Of a stretch of 64,000 nt of DNA, positions 18,962-28,372 are shown piece after piece. The notes under the pieces were generated by a model. That model saw only the letters and a program-made list of their open reading frames with translations. It had not been told where the DNA came from and ran no database searches. The DNA is from an uncultured delta proteobacterium. GTDB taxonomy: Bacteria; Desulfobacterota; Desulfobacteria; Desulfobacterales; QNYZ01. The translations under genes were made by a program, and so were the position numbers. Each line of letters starts with the position of its first letter. Position 1 is the first letter of the stretch. Location of the stretch: NCBI GenBank assembly GCA_963845145.1, contig CAWJQU010000004.1:160001-224000 (forward strand), in the 5' to 3' direction.

Positions 18962-20050
18962 ATGGCTAAAGAACTCAAAGACTGGATCGTCCCCTGGCTC
19001 TATACAGCCCGGGAGTACAATGTCGGCATTTTGGACCAGGCGATGGAGAATCCCGACAACGCTCGCCTGATGCTTAACGAGAACCCTATTCCCCCTTCGG
19101 AAAAAGTTGTCCAGGCGGTTGCAGAGAGCCTGCGTTCGGGCAACTGGTATCCGGACAGTTTTTTAAGGTTGAGAACCAAAATCGGAGCCATGTACGGCCT
19201 GGGCCCCGACAACGTGGCCCTTTGTAACGGATCGTCGGAAACCATCGATGCCATGATGCGGGTATTCCTACAGCCCGGCGATGAGTTTATGCTCTCCACA
19301 CCGACTTTCGAATTGTTCCCCCCCCGGGCGGAACTTTGCAACGCCAAGGTCGTGCAGATACCGGTCCGGGAAGAGGACCTGCAGTACGATGTGGAAGCCA
19401 TGCTCGATGCCATCAACGATCGCACGAAACTGATCCTGATCATTAATCCCAACAACCCCACGGGCGTTTTTATCGAAGATAAGGACCTTTTGCGATTTTG
19501 TGAAACGGGTGTCCCGCTTTGTGTGGATGAAGCGTATCTGGATTATAACGTGGACCGGCCTTCCAAAGCCGATTTAATTAAAGAATATCCGCAAGTGTTT
19601 CTGTCAGTGACTTTTTCCAAGGCTTATGGATTTGCCGGTGTCCGATTTGGGTTTGTCCTGGGGACCGAAGAGATGATCGCCGCTTTCAACCGCATGTTTT
19701 TGCCCTGGAACGTGAGCCGAATGTCTGCCGCCGCGGCCGAAGCTATTATCGACAATCCCGATGAGGTGAAAGCGAAGGTAGAGCACAACAACAAGTGGAT
19801 GGCCATTTTTTCTGAAGAGTTGAAAAAACTGGGTCTTAAGCCCTTTCCGGCCAATGGTAATTATATGTTGATTGATGGCACCATGACCGGTAAAACCACC
19901 GAAGAAATCTTAAAAGCAGCGATTGATGATCAAATTTATTTGAAAAAAATTGGTGAAATTCATGGAAAAAGCGGCTATTTTCGTGTAACACCAGGCACGG
20001 ATGAAGAGAATGAACGGTTCCTGACCTTCATTCGATCCTATTTCGCCTAA
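18962..20050 (+). CDS. HisC-like PLP-dependent aminotransferase (class I/II)
   Basis: LNENP, NGSSE, NPNNPTG, VDEAY, TFSKAYGFAGVRFG; no N-terminal HGG typical of CobD; no his genes nearby. Confidence 0.85.
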   Translation: MAKELKDWIVPWLYTAREYNVGILDQAMENPDNARLMLNENPIPPSEKVVQAVAESLRSGNWYPDSFLRLRTKIGAMYGLGPDNVALCNGSSETIDAMMRVFLQPGDEFMLSTPTFELFPPRAELCNAKVVQIPVREEDLQYDVEAMLDAINDRTKLILIINPNNPTGVFIEDKDLLRFCETGVPLCVDEAYLDYNVDRPSKADLIKEYPQVFLSVTFSKAYGFAGVRFGFVLGTEEMIAAFNRMFLPWNVSRMSAAAAEAIIDNPDEVKAKVEHNNKWMAIFSEELKKLGLKPFPANGNYMLIDGTMTGKTTEEILKAAIDDQIYLKKIGEIHGKSGYFRVTPGTDEENERFLTFIRSYFA

Positions 20051-20073
20051 AAACGAATCTAATTTTCATATTC

Positions 20074-20109
20074 CTGCAGTCTCGCTTGGCGGGGCTGCAG
20101 TTTTTTTTT
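20074..20109 (+). terminator. Rho-independent terminator
   Basis: CTGCAGTCTCGC-ttg-GCGGGGCTGCAG followed by nine T. Confidence 0.9.
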
Positions 20110-20137
20110 GGTAAAAAGGCATGGTCCGGGTTTTTAA

Positions 20138-20983
20138 ATGGATACTTATTACGTTGATGGTGAATTTGTTAATGAGGGCCAAGCGCTCATTTCGGTCAAT
20201 GACCTGATTGTATTAAGAGGGTTTGGTGCGTTCGATTTTCTCGTTACCTACAACCGGCGGCCGTTTTATCTGAAAGAACACGTCCACCGATTGGAAGAAT
20301 CGGCAAAAAAAATCGGTCTTCAACTCAATCATTCCCACCAAGAGATTTGTGATATCGTGAAGGAGGCCGTTGATCGTAATCCCCAGCATGGCGAAGCCAA
20401 TATTCGCATTGTCTGTACCGGCGGGGTGAGTGCTGATGGCGTGTCACCGGAGGGTAACGGCAAGCTGGTCGTGATGGTTACGGCCAAGCGCCGATTGCCC
20501 GAATGGTGGTATAGCGATGGGGCCAATATCATTACGGTCGATATCGAACGCTTTATGCCCGGCGCCAAAAGTACCAACTATCTGACGGCGATCTGGGCCC
20601 TTCGGGAAGCCCACGACCAAAAAGCCATTGAATCTATATATGTGGACCGGAATAACCGCCTTCTCGAGGGCACAACCACCAATTTTTATTATTTCAAGGA
20701 TGCCAAACTGATCACCAGCCGCGTAAATATTTTGCCCGGCATTACCCGTAGTGTTATTTTGGACCTGGTGAGAGACTATTTCGAAGTCGAACTCAGGGAT
20801 ATCGATAAAAACGAGATTGACACGATGGAAGAGGTATTCATCTCCGGATCCAATAAAGAAATCATACCGGTTATTCGAATCAACGAGACCGTTATCGGTA
20901 ACGGTCGCCCCGGAATCCACACCCGAAAAGTGATGCAGCTTTTTAAAGCGTATACTACCGCTTACGGCCAGGAGCTGGTTTGA
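20138..20983 (+). CDS. Class IV PLP aminotransferase (D-amino-acid / branched-chain family)
   Basis: RGFGAFD, HVHRLEESA, AKSTNYL, EGTTTN, ILPGITR. Confidence 0.85.
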   Translation: MDTYYVDGEFVNEGQALISVNDLIVLRGFGAFDFLVTYNRRPFYLKEHVHRLEESAKKIGLQLNHSHQEICDIVKEAVDRNPQHGEANIRIVCTGGVSADGVSPEGNGKLVVMVTAKRRLPEWWYSDGANIITVDIERFMPGAKSTNYLTAIWALREAHDQKAIESIYVDRNNRLLEGTTTNFYYFKDAKLITSRVNILPGITRSVILDLVRDYFEVELRDIDKNEIDTMEEVFISGSNKEIIPVIRINETVIGNGRPGIHTRKVMQLFKAYTTAYGQELV

Positions 20984-20984
20984 G

Positions 20985-22160
20985 ATGCCATGGGGGGATT
21001 CAATTTCGGCACCCACATGGGCGGAAATCGATCTAAAATCATTGGCCCATAACTATCGGGAGCTGCGACGGGTTACGGCTCCTGAAGCCGGTATCATGGC
21101 TGTGGTCAAGGCTGACGGTTACGGTCATGGCGTCGAACAGGTGGCGCGCGTCGCATTGAATTGCGGTGCCGAAATGCTCGCCGTGGCCCGATTGAGCGAG
21201 GCGGCCCAGCTGCGGCAGGCCGGCATTAAAGCCCCTATCTTATTGTTTGGTCACTGCTTTTCCCGGGACGTGGCTTATGTGGCGGCAAACGATATTCGTG
21301 CGTCGATTAATTCCCTAACATCCGCCCGGCTTCTGTCGGCGGCCGCTCAAAAAGCCAGCGTGACCTTAAAAGTCCATATCAAGATCGATACCGGCATGGG
21401 ACGGTTGGGGTTACTGACCGACGATTTCAGTCCTGAGCCTGCCTCCCCAAAAGAGTTGGCCTCCACGGCCAAAGGCGTCTTGGCCATTGTCGCGTTGCCC
21501 CATCTCCAGGTGGAGGGGATCGGCACCCACTTTGCGAGTGCCGACATCAAGGATAAAAGCCACGCCGCCAATCAGTTTTCCCGGTTTATGGCATTGCTGG
21601 CGGACTTGGACAAAGAAGGTTTTAAGGTCCAATATCGGCATGCAGCGAATAGTGCCGCCACCATTGATATGCCCGAGACCCACCTCGATCTGGTGCGGCC
21701 TGGCGTCTCCCAATACGGGCTATGGCCCTCGGAGGAAACCGATCGAACCCGGATCGATTTAAAACCGGTCATGTCGATTAAATCGACGGTTATTCATATC
21801 AAATCGGTAGGTGAGGGCTTTGCCGTTAGTTACGGCAGTACGCATCACACCAGAGGTCCCACGCGAATCGCCACAGTCCCCATCGGCTATGCCGATGGAT
21901 TCGATCGCATTCACTCCTCAAATGGTCACATGCTGGTCAAGGGGAGGCGAGCGCCGATTGTCGGCCGGGTCTGTATGGATCTGACCATGATCGATGTGGG
22001 GCATATTCCCGATGTGAAGTTAGAGGATGAGGTCGTCATTTTGGGCCGTCAGGGGGACGAAGAAATTACGGCGGATGAGATCGCCCATCAGGTCGGCACG
22101 ATTAATTATGAAATTGTCTCGTCACTGACCCCACGGGTTAAAAGAATCTATCTTGATTGA
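20985..22160 (+). CDS. alr: Alanine racemase
   Basis: AVVKADGYGHG, HIKIDTGMGRLG, ANSAA, SYG, GYADG, GRVCMD. Confidence 0.95.
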   Translation: MPWGDSISAPTWAEIDLKSLAHNYRELRRVTAPEAGIMAVVKADGYGHGVEQVARVALNCGAEMLAVARLSEAAQLRQAGIKAPILLFGHCFSRDVAYVAANDIRASINSLTSARLLSAAAQKASVTLKVHIKIDTGMGRLGLLTDDFSPEPASPKELASTAKGVLAIVALPHLQVEGIGTHFASADIKDKSHAANQFSRFMALLADLDKEGFKVQYRHAANSAATIDMPETHLDLVRPGVSQYGLWPSEETDRTRIDLKPVMSIKSTVIHIKSVGEGFAVSYGSTHHTRGPTRIATVPIGYADGFDRIHSSNGHMLVKGRRAPIVGRVCMDLTMIDVGHIPDVKLEDEVVILGRQGDEEITADEIAHQVGTINYEIVSSLTPRVKRIYLD

Positions 22161-22193
22161 AGGTAATAGGGACGAAGACGATATGGTACGAAA

Positions 22194-23435
22194 ATGAAAA
22201 TGTATCCCATCGATTGGCAAACAGGGCGTTGGGCGGGTGGAAAGGCCGTTGAATCGGTTGCCGATATAACGATTGCCGGCGATTGGGCGCCGATTCGGGA
22301 TTTTAGCGAAACGATTCTGACCCATCCTGAAGCGGTGTACGGTGATTTATTGCCGATCCTGCGAAACAGCCATTTGCGCCTGGCCAATCTCGAATGTCCC
22401 CTGGTTGAAGGCGGAACGCCGGTACCGAAAAGTGGAACGGAGCTAAAAGGCGTTCCGGGCCATATTAAGGGCCTGACCGCGGTTCCCTTTGAGGTCGTAA
22501 CCCTGGCCAACAACCATGTGTTCGATTATGGGGTTAAAGGATTTACCGACACTCGGAACCTACTTGATCAAAACGGCATTTTAAGTACCGGGGCCGGGCT
22601 TTCCACGGCCGAAGCCGAAAAGCCTCTGATCGTTACCGTGCAGGGTATTCGGGTCGGTATTATCAGTTTCAGTGAGGGGGAAGATGGAACGGCTGCCGGG
22701 CAAGCGCGTCCGGGTGTATTCGGCTGGCAAACGGATCGCGTGATCGGCCATATCAAAAAATTACGGTCCGAGGTGCAGGTGATCATCGCCATTTGCCATG
22801 GTGGTGTGGAGTATATTCCTTTCCCACCGCCCTATCTGGTTGACACCTTCAGACGTGTGGCCGAAGCGGGGGCCGATCTTGTCATCGGGCACCACCCCCA
22901 TGTACCCCAGGGAATGGAGATACACCAGGGCGTTCCGATCTGCTACAGTTTGGGCAACTTTGTTTTTTTTCAACCCACTGATCGGTTGTATCGAAAAATC
23001 GGTTACCTCGTCCAGGTCGGTGTGAATTCGGAGGGCGTGGGAAGAATTAGACTTATTCCCTATGAAATTGGTCCTCGCCGGTTGATGCGGCTGACTGGGA
23101 AAAATCATCGTCGCTTTTTAAAAAAGATGGCCGACCTTTCCAAGCCACTGGAGCGAGCAGAAGGGGCCACCGAAGCGTGGCACGGATTTCTGAAATACTA
23201 CGGGATTGAAGGTTTTAAGGATGAAATGGGAAAAATCCTGAACCAATTGGAAAAGGAACAACCCAAGGGCGCCGCTATGTTCAGAAACCGGCTGACCACG
23301 CCCCAGCATTACCATCACCTGACAGATGTGATGACCCGAATCATGGACGGGAGCCTGGACCAGGCCCCGGCCTGGGCGTTCGATTGTGTGGCGGACTTTT
23401 TTACGCGCAGAGTCGTGGATGGATTCCCGGAGTAG
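22194..23435 (+). CDS. CapA/PGA_cap-family metallophosphoesterase-fold protein
   Basis: AGD, ANLECP, LANNHVFDYG, HGGVE, GHHPHV, YSLGNF; no signal peptide. Confidence 0.85.
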   Translation: MKMYPIDWQTGRWAGGKAVESVADITIAGDWAPIRDFSETILTHPEAVYGDLLPILRNSHLRLANLECPLVEGGTPVPKSGTELKGVPGHIKGLTAVPFEVVTLANNHVFDYGVKGFTDTRNLLDQNGILSTGAGLSTAEAEKPLIVTVQGIRVGIISFSEGEDGTAAGQARPGVFGWQTDRVIGHIKKLRSEVQVIIAICHGGVEYIPFPPPYLVDTFRRVAEAGADLVIGHHPHVPQGMEIHQGVPICYSLGNFVFFQPTDRLYRKIGYLVQVGVNSEGVGRIRLIPYEIGPRRLMRLTGKNHRRFLKKMADLSKPLERAEGATEAWHGFLKYYGIEGFKDEMGKILNQLEKEQPKGAAMFRNRLTTPQHYHHLTDVMTRIMDGSLDQAPAWAFDCVADFFTRRVVDGFPE

Positions 23436-23439
23436 TTGA

Positions 23440-24390
23440 ATGGCAACTGTCGAAAACTCGAAGATTGCCTCTTTATTCAAGAGGCCGCATATCACCATTC
23501 TCGTTGCCGATTCGGGACTGGGCGGAATGGGTATTTTTGCGGACATCGTTGCCAGGCTCAAAACCGACCCGATCTTTTCAAAGGTTTCTTTGATCTACTA
23601 CAACGCCTGGCCCGAGCAGGGCAGGGGGTACAATAGCCTAAAGACCATGAATGAGCGGGTTGGCGTTTTTGATCAGGCATTGGAAGGGATGAAACGATTT
23701 CATCCCGACCTTATTATGATTGCTTGTAATACACTCTCCACGCTTTACGCACGGACCGCTTTTAGCCGGCGCGAAACCGTTCCCGTATTGGATATCATTG
23801 GATTCGGGGTCAATTTAGTCCATGCGGCCTTAACCTCAAATGCAAAGGCAACCGCGCTTCTTATGGGGACGAGGACGACCATCGCCTCTGAGGTTCATCG
23901 CTCACAGCTTGTGGCAAGGGGTCTTGTCGGAAACCGACTTGTCGCCCAATCGTGTCATGGATTGGCAACGCTGATCGAACAGGGGCCGGCAAGCGGGGCT
24001 GTGAAAAATCGAATCGATGCTATCGGCAATGAGATCGCCGCACAATTTAGCGTGATACCTTCCGACCTGTTTTCGGCTCTGCTTTGCACGCATTTCGGAT
24101 ATAGTCGGGATTTGATTGAAAAACGGTTGGTTGAGCGGTTGCAAAGACCTCTGAAAATACTTGATCCCAACCGGTTGATGGCGGACTACCTCTTCGAAAT
24201 GACAGGAATCAAGCGTTATGATGGTGTTGACATCGATCTTCGTGTGGTGTCGCGCATTGTCTGGGATCAAAACAAAATAGATGCCATTGCACCGATCATT
24301 GAAAAGCAGTCGGCCCAAACAGCCCATGCATTAAGGGCTTACGAACGGATCCCGGATCTGTTTTCACCCCAATTAGACAACAGCAAATAG
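23440..24390 (+). CDS. Glutamate/aspartate racemase family (MurI-like)
   Basis: DSGLGG, IACNT and LCTHF, so both catalytic Cys are present. Confidence 0.85.
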   Translation: MATVENSKIASLFKRPHITILVADSGLGGMGIFADIVARLKTDPIFSKVSLIYYNAWPEQGRGYNSLKTMNERVGVFDQALEGMKRFHPDLIMIACNTLSTLYARTAFSRRETVPVLDIIGFGVNLVHAALTSNAKATALLMGTRTTIASEVHRSQLVARGLVGNRLVAQSCHGLATLIEQGPASGAVKNRIDAIGNEIAAQFSVIPSDLFSALLCTHFGYSRDLIEKRLVERLQRPLKILDPNRLMADYLFEMTGIKRYDGVDIDLRVVSRIVWDQNKIDAIAPIIEKQSAQTAHALRAYERIPDLFSPQLDNSK

Positions 24391-24401
24391 TAGAGAAGAA
24401 G

Positions 24402-25391
24402 ATGAAAAGAGTGCTGATCATTACCGGTCCCGGTGGCGATGCCCAAGGGTGGGGCGATCTCAGTGTCACCGAAACCTTGTGCAAGGCCTTGAATTCCGAC
24501 GGTAAATCCGCAGAAATCGTCTTTGTGGAAACCATGGGTGATTTTGTGAGGGCTCTCAGTAGTAAAAGTTACGACATCGTGTGGAGTGCGCTGTACTATA
24601 TCTCCGACAAAGAAGATATTATCGGATTAAACGTTGATGATGATGCCTGGCTGGCGGATATTTTTGACCGCAAAGAGATACCCTATATCGGTCCCAGTGC
24701 GCTGACCATGAGGCAATTGATCAACAAAACCTGGACACATCGCATCTTACATAAAAATAAAATCGCGGTTCCCGTCCACCACGAGGTGGTTGCTGGTTAT
24801 GAGATTCCCGACATTCAGCTTCCCGCTTTCGTCAAACCGAGCTGTGAATCCCGCTCGGTGGGGATTAGTGACGACAGTGTGGTGAATACCGTGGCGGAGC
24901 TTAAAGCGCGTGTCCGGCATATTCACGACACCTATGAACAGCCGGCCTTGATCGAAGATTATCTGCCGGGGGCCGAGTATACGGTTTTGATGATCGGTAA
25001 TGGTAAAAACCAGGAGTTTCTGCCCGGCGTCGTCACGGTCAAAGGTGGGTTTGACGGTAAGTATCCCATCTTAAGAAGCGATATGCGTGGTGTCGGTATT
25101 ACCAAAATCGGTATTCCACAGACGCATGCCGATGAAGCCAACGCGTTGTGCCGTGAGGCTGTAACTGCTTTAAATTGTCTCGATCATGTGAGAGTGGACA
25201 TGCGTTTTGACGCCCGCGAACAGCTGAAGATCATCGAGGTCAACGGAATACCGGGCCTAAAACCCATTAAAAGCTGGAGCCCTCAAATGTATACCCTCTA
25301 CCACGGATCGGCCGAGGGCCCAGTAGAAGATTACCGGCAGCTTGTTCATCGAATCGCCGAATCGGGCCTGGAAAGATACAACCTTCTCTAA
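24402..25391 (+). CDS. ATP-grasp ligase, D-Ala-D-Ala-ligase-like but divergent
   Basis: IPYIG, FVKP...SVGI, LIEDYLPGAEYTV, RVDMR, IEVNGIPG; lacks the Ddl HG..GEDG motif. Confidence 0.8.
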   Translation: MKRVLIITGPGGDAQGWGDLSVTETLCKALNSDGKSAEIVFVETMGDFVRALSSKSYDIVWSALYYISDKEDIIGLNVDDDAWLADIFDRKEIPYIGPSALTMRQLINKTWTHRILHKNKIAVPVHHEVVAGYEIPDIQLPAFVKPSCESRSVGISDDSVVNTVAELKARVRHIHDTYEQPALIEDYLPGAEYTVLMIGNGKNQEFLPGVVTVKGGFDGKYPILRSDMRGVGITKIGIPQTHADEANALCREAVTALNCLDHVRVDMRFDAREQLKIIEVNGIPGLKPIKSWSPQMYTLYHGSAEGPVEDYRQLVHRIAESGLERYNLL

Positions 25392-25393
25392 CT

Positions 25394-26263
25394 TTGCCCA
25401 AAACTGAATTGATGACCATACCCTACGACCCGCATTTGTATGCCGACCTAAACCATAGTGACCGGGTTTCGGGGACCGATCCGTCTGGTGGTTTCAAATA
25501 TGATCTGGATCTTTCCATCCCAGCGCTCACCACCGCTATTCACGCCGGCCACACGGTTCGCCACGAGTTGGCGGCGTTGATGACCCTATCAGAAATAGAG
25601 CGGCAAAAAGAAGAAGACACCGCCACAGACCGGATCATTCAAAGCTGTCCCAACCGCTTGTGGGGATTGGATTCCCGGGCGGAATATGACCTCAATCGAC
25701 CACCGGAACTGGCACTGCCCCTGACACCGGAGATGTTTTGGGGTACCCGTGTCTTTGGCAAACAACTACCAACGGATGCGATGAATCAGCGCAGCCTGGA
25801 TAAATATGAAGCCTTATATCGATTTGTCGCCACCGTGATCAAAGTGCTTTTAGATCGTTTCGGTAATTGCGTCATCTACGACATCCATTCCTACAACATT
25901 TTGCGCCAGATCAAAAAAGGGCACTTGGCACCGCCGTTATTTAATCTGGGCACACGGGCAATCGATCAAGCCCGGTGGGATACACTGGTCGTAGCGTGGC
26001 TGGAAGAGTTGAAAAAAATAAACGTCCCCGACAGTGTTACCTCTGTGGCCGAAAATGATGTGTTTGGAGGGCGAGGGGAATTTTGCCGCCGCTTGACCCG
26101 GTGGGATCCGAATATTTTGGTCCTGCCCACCGAAATTTCAAAGATCTATATGGATGAAAGAAGCGGGGTGGTCCATGATTCTAAGGTCCATGCGTTGAGA
26201 AAGGGATTGGCCCAAGCTGTCACCACGCATAGCCGTGAATTTCAACAGGCGTATGCGATGTAA
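25394..26263 (+). CDS. N-formylglutamate amidohydrolase family protein
   Basis: TAIHAGH, EED, SRAEYDLNR, YDIHSYN, FNLGT, ENDVFGG, TEISK. Confidence 0.8.
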   Translation: MPKTELMTIPYDPHLYADLNHSDRVSGTDPSGGFKYDLDLSIPALTTAIHAGHTVRHELAALMTLSEIERQKEEDTATDRIIQSCPNRLWGLDSRAEYDLNRPPELALPLTPEMFWGTRVFGKQLPTDAMNQRSLDKYEALYRFVATVIKVLLDRFGNCVIYDIHSYNILRQIKKGHLAPPLFNLGTRAIDQARWDTLVVAWLEELKKINVPDSVTSVAENDVFGGRGEFCRRLTRWDPNILVLPTEISKIYMDERSGVVHDSKVHALRKGLAQAVTTHSREFQQAYAM

Positions 26264-26435
26264 CAACCGTTTTTTCGGGTAGGTATCACATCTGTGATTT
26301 CGTGGCGTTTATTGCTATTGTCATTTCCATTGCTCCCGATCCGTCTGTACCCCTGGATTTTTGGGCTCGATTCTCTTATGTTAATTGTAAGTGGGCGTAT
26401 CTTTTCATTTTAAATATTGGTATTCTGGTTAAAAT

Positions 26436-27296
26436 ATGACTGAATCTAATCAAACCATTCCATTGCACCCCTTCGGCCTAACCGGACGACAGGTCACCCG
26501 GGTGGGCTTGGGCGGTGAAGGCGTTTTAAGAACCCATGGGCGCACCGCTGAAGCCCAGGCGGTTATTTTGGCCGCGTATAACGCCGGCATCACCTATTTC
26601 GATTCCGGGCATGTTTATGCCGACAGCGAGGTTTATCTGGGTTCCATTTATAAACAAGACCCTGAGATTCGAAACGGTGTTTTCCAGGCCAGTAAATCGG
26701 CCAGCCGGGATTATCAGGGGGCCATGACCGATTTAACGAACACGTTAAAGCGGCTTCAAACCGACTATCTTGATCTTTGGCAGATTCACGATGTGCGCAC
26801 CGAGGATGATTTAAATCGGATTTCAGCTTCCGAGGGGGCGTTAAAGGCATTTGCAGAGGCCAAAGCATCAGGCCGTGTCAAACACATTGGCGTGACCGGT
26901 CACGAAAGTCCGGCTATTTTAACTCAGGCGGTGAAAATGTGGCCGGTAGATACTGTGATGATGCCGGTCAATCCAGCGGAGGCGGTCATTGGTGGATTTT
27001 TAGACCAGACCCTGCCCCAGGCCCAAAAAAAGGGCGTGGCCGTCATCGCCATGAAGGTGCTGGGCGGTGGGCATTATGTGGCTCCGGAGCAGGGGGTAAC
27101 GGCGGATCACCTGATTCGGTTTGCGCTTTCCTATGATATCGGCGTGGCCATTGTCGGCTGCTCGACCGCGGCCGAAGTTCGTACCCTGGTAGCGGCCGGA
27201 TGTACAAAGACGCTACTTTCCCAGGACGAGCGGACTGCACTGGTCCAAAAGTTTAGCCCCAACGCAAAACAGTTGGCATATTATCGGGGGCTGTGA
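26436..27296 (+). CDS. Aldo/keto reductase
   Basis: GLGG, GITYFDSGHVY, TDYLDLWQIH, IGVTGH, AMKVLGGG. Confidence 0.9.
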   Translation: MTESNQTIPLHPFGLTGRQVTRVGLGGEGVLRTHGRTAEAQAVILAAYNAGITYFDSGHVYADSEVYLGSIYKQDPEIRNGVFQASKSASRDYQGAMTDLTNTLKRLQTDYLDLWQIHDVRTEDDLNRISASEGALKAFAEAKASGRVKHIGVTGHESPAILTQAVKMWPVDTVMMPVNPAEAVIGGFLDQTLPQAQKKGVAVIAMKVLGGGHYVAPEQGVTADHLIRFALSYDIGVAIVGCSTAAEVRTLVAAGCTKTLLSQDERTALVQKFSPNAKQLAYYRGL

Positions 27297-27994
27297 TGGA
27301 AGGACCCACCCGCGATCGAAATGGTATCGCACACTCCGCAGATCATGTGTCCATCCGTCTATCACAATCCCGGCGGGTCCTGTCCTCGGCACCTTTTAAC
27401 GGTGGATTGGTCGATGCCGATCATCTTCTTATTATGAATGTGCCGGACAATTTCAACGGGGCCAAAGGGCCGTTTGAACCGTTGGAAGAAACATTTAAAA
27501 ACTATTGTCGCCAAAAGAAGTGGTCGGGGATTACCGTGGGCATGATGACCTCGGCAAAAATGACCTCTTTTATGAGCGTTCGTCGCGAAAGCGGCGGCGT
27601 TGAAATCTTAGTGCTGGTTACCGCCGGGGTTTCCAATGCCCGCCGGGCCGGCGATCCGGCAGAGCATCGCCGCTTTGATTCGGTTCAAATGACCACCGGA
27701 ACGATCAACATCATCGTTTTAACCAGTGCGGCTCTGACACCAGCTGCGCAAGTTGAAGCGGTCATGGTTGTGACTGAGGCCAAGGCGGCCCTCATGCAGG
27801 ACCTGTCGGTGACCAGTCCGGTGAGCGGGAAGGTCGCCACCGGCACCGGCACCGATGCCATCGCTATCGTCAATGGATTCACGCCCCCCGAAATTTCGTT
27901 TTGCGGTAAGCATACCCTGTTTGGTGAAATGTTGGCCTCGGCTGTCATGGAAGCCCTGACCGACTCGCTGGCGGAAAGAACTGAGACGGTATAA
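27293..27994 (+). CDS. cbiZ: Adenosylcobinamide amidohydrolase
   Basis: LSSAPFNGG, VGMMTSA, TAGVSNA, GTINI, TEAK, ATGTGTD; adjacent to the B12 uptake locus. Confidence 0.88.
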   Translation: MMEGPTRDRNGIAHSADHVSIRLSQSRRVLSSAPFNGGLVDADHLLIMNVPDNFNGAKGPFEPLEETFKNYCRQKKWSGITVGMMTSAKMTSFMSVRRESGGVEILVLVTAGVSNARRAGDPAEHRRFDSVQMTTGTINIIVLTSAALTPAAQVEAVMVVTEAKAALMQDLSVTSPVSGKVATGTGTDAIAIVNGFTPPEISFCGKHTLFGEMLASAVMEALTDSLAERTETV

Positions 27995-28046
27995 ATCCAT
28001 GCATATGGCTCTTGACTTTTAAACCGGCACCGGGTACCACGCAAGT

Positions 28047-28232
28047 TCTTGCCGGTTTCGCGAAATGCGAATAATAGGGAACCCTGTTTAAATCAGGGAC
28101 GGGCCCGCCGCTGTAATCCTGCCTTTTACACCATGTAAAAGGAACCCTGTCGGCCACGTTGCCACTGTTTCAGTTGGATGAAATGGGAAGGCTGCCGACG
28201 GGGCGGGAGAGTCAGAAGACCTGCCTGCAAGA
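28047..28232 (+). ncRNA. Cobalamin riboswitch
   Basis: AATAGGGAA...AAATC...GCCCGCCGCTGTAA...GCCACTG...GGGAAGG...AGTCAGAAGACCTGCC; closing pair TCTTGC/GCAAGA; upstream of a TonB-dependent receptor. Confidence 0.95.
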
Positions 28233-28372
28233 GGGAGATGTTTTCCGAGGACATGAGGGCATCGCCATGGGTCGGATTCAAGGTAAAATCGGGACATCCT
28301 GGATCGATTATTCATTAATTGGTTCGGGATTTTTTGTTTCCGGACCAGGGGAAAGCATGAAAAGGGGGAAAA

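Noticed and set aside
18962..20050. Calling this gene hisC or cobD
   Set aside because: No his genes nearby and no CobD-type N-terminal HGG; the context points to a catabolic role, so no symbol is given
20985..25391. Vancomycin-resistance or poly-gamma-glutamate capsule cluster
   Set aside because: No vanH/X/R/S and no capB/capC; the ligase lacks key Ddl/Van motifs
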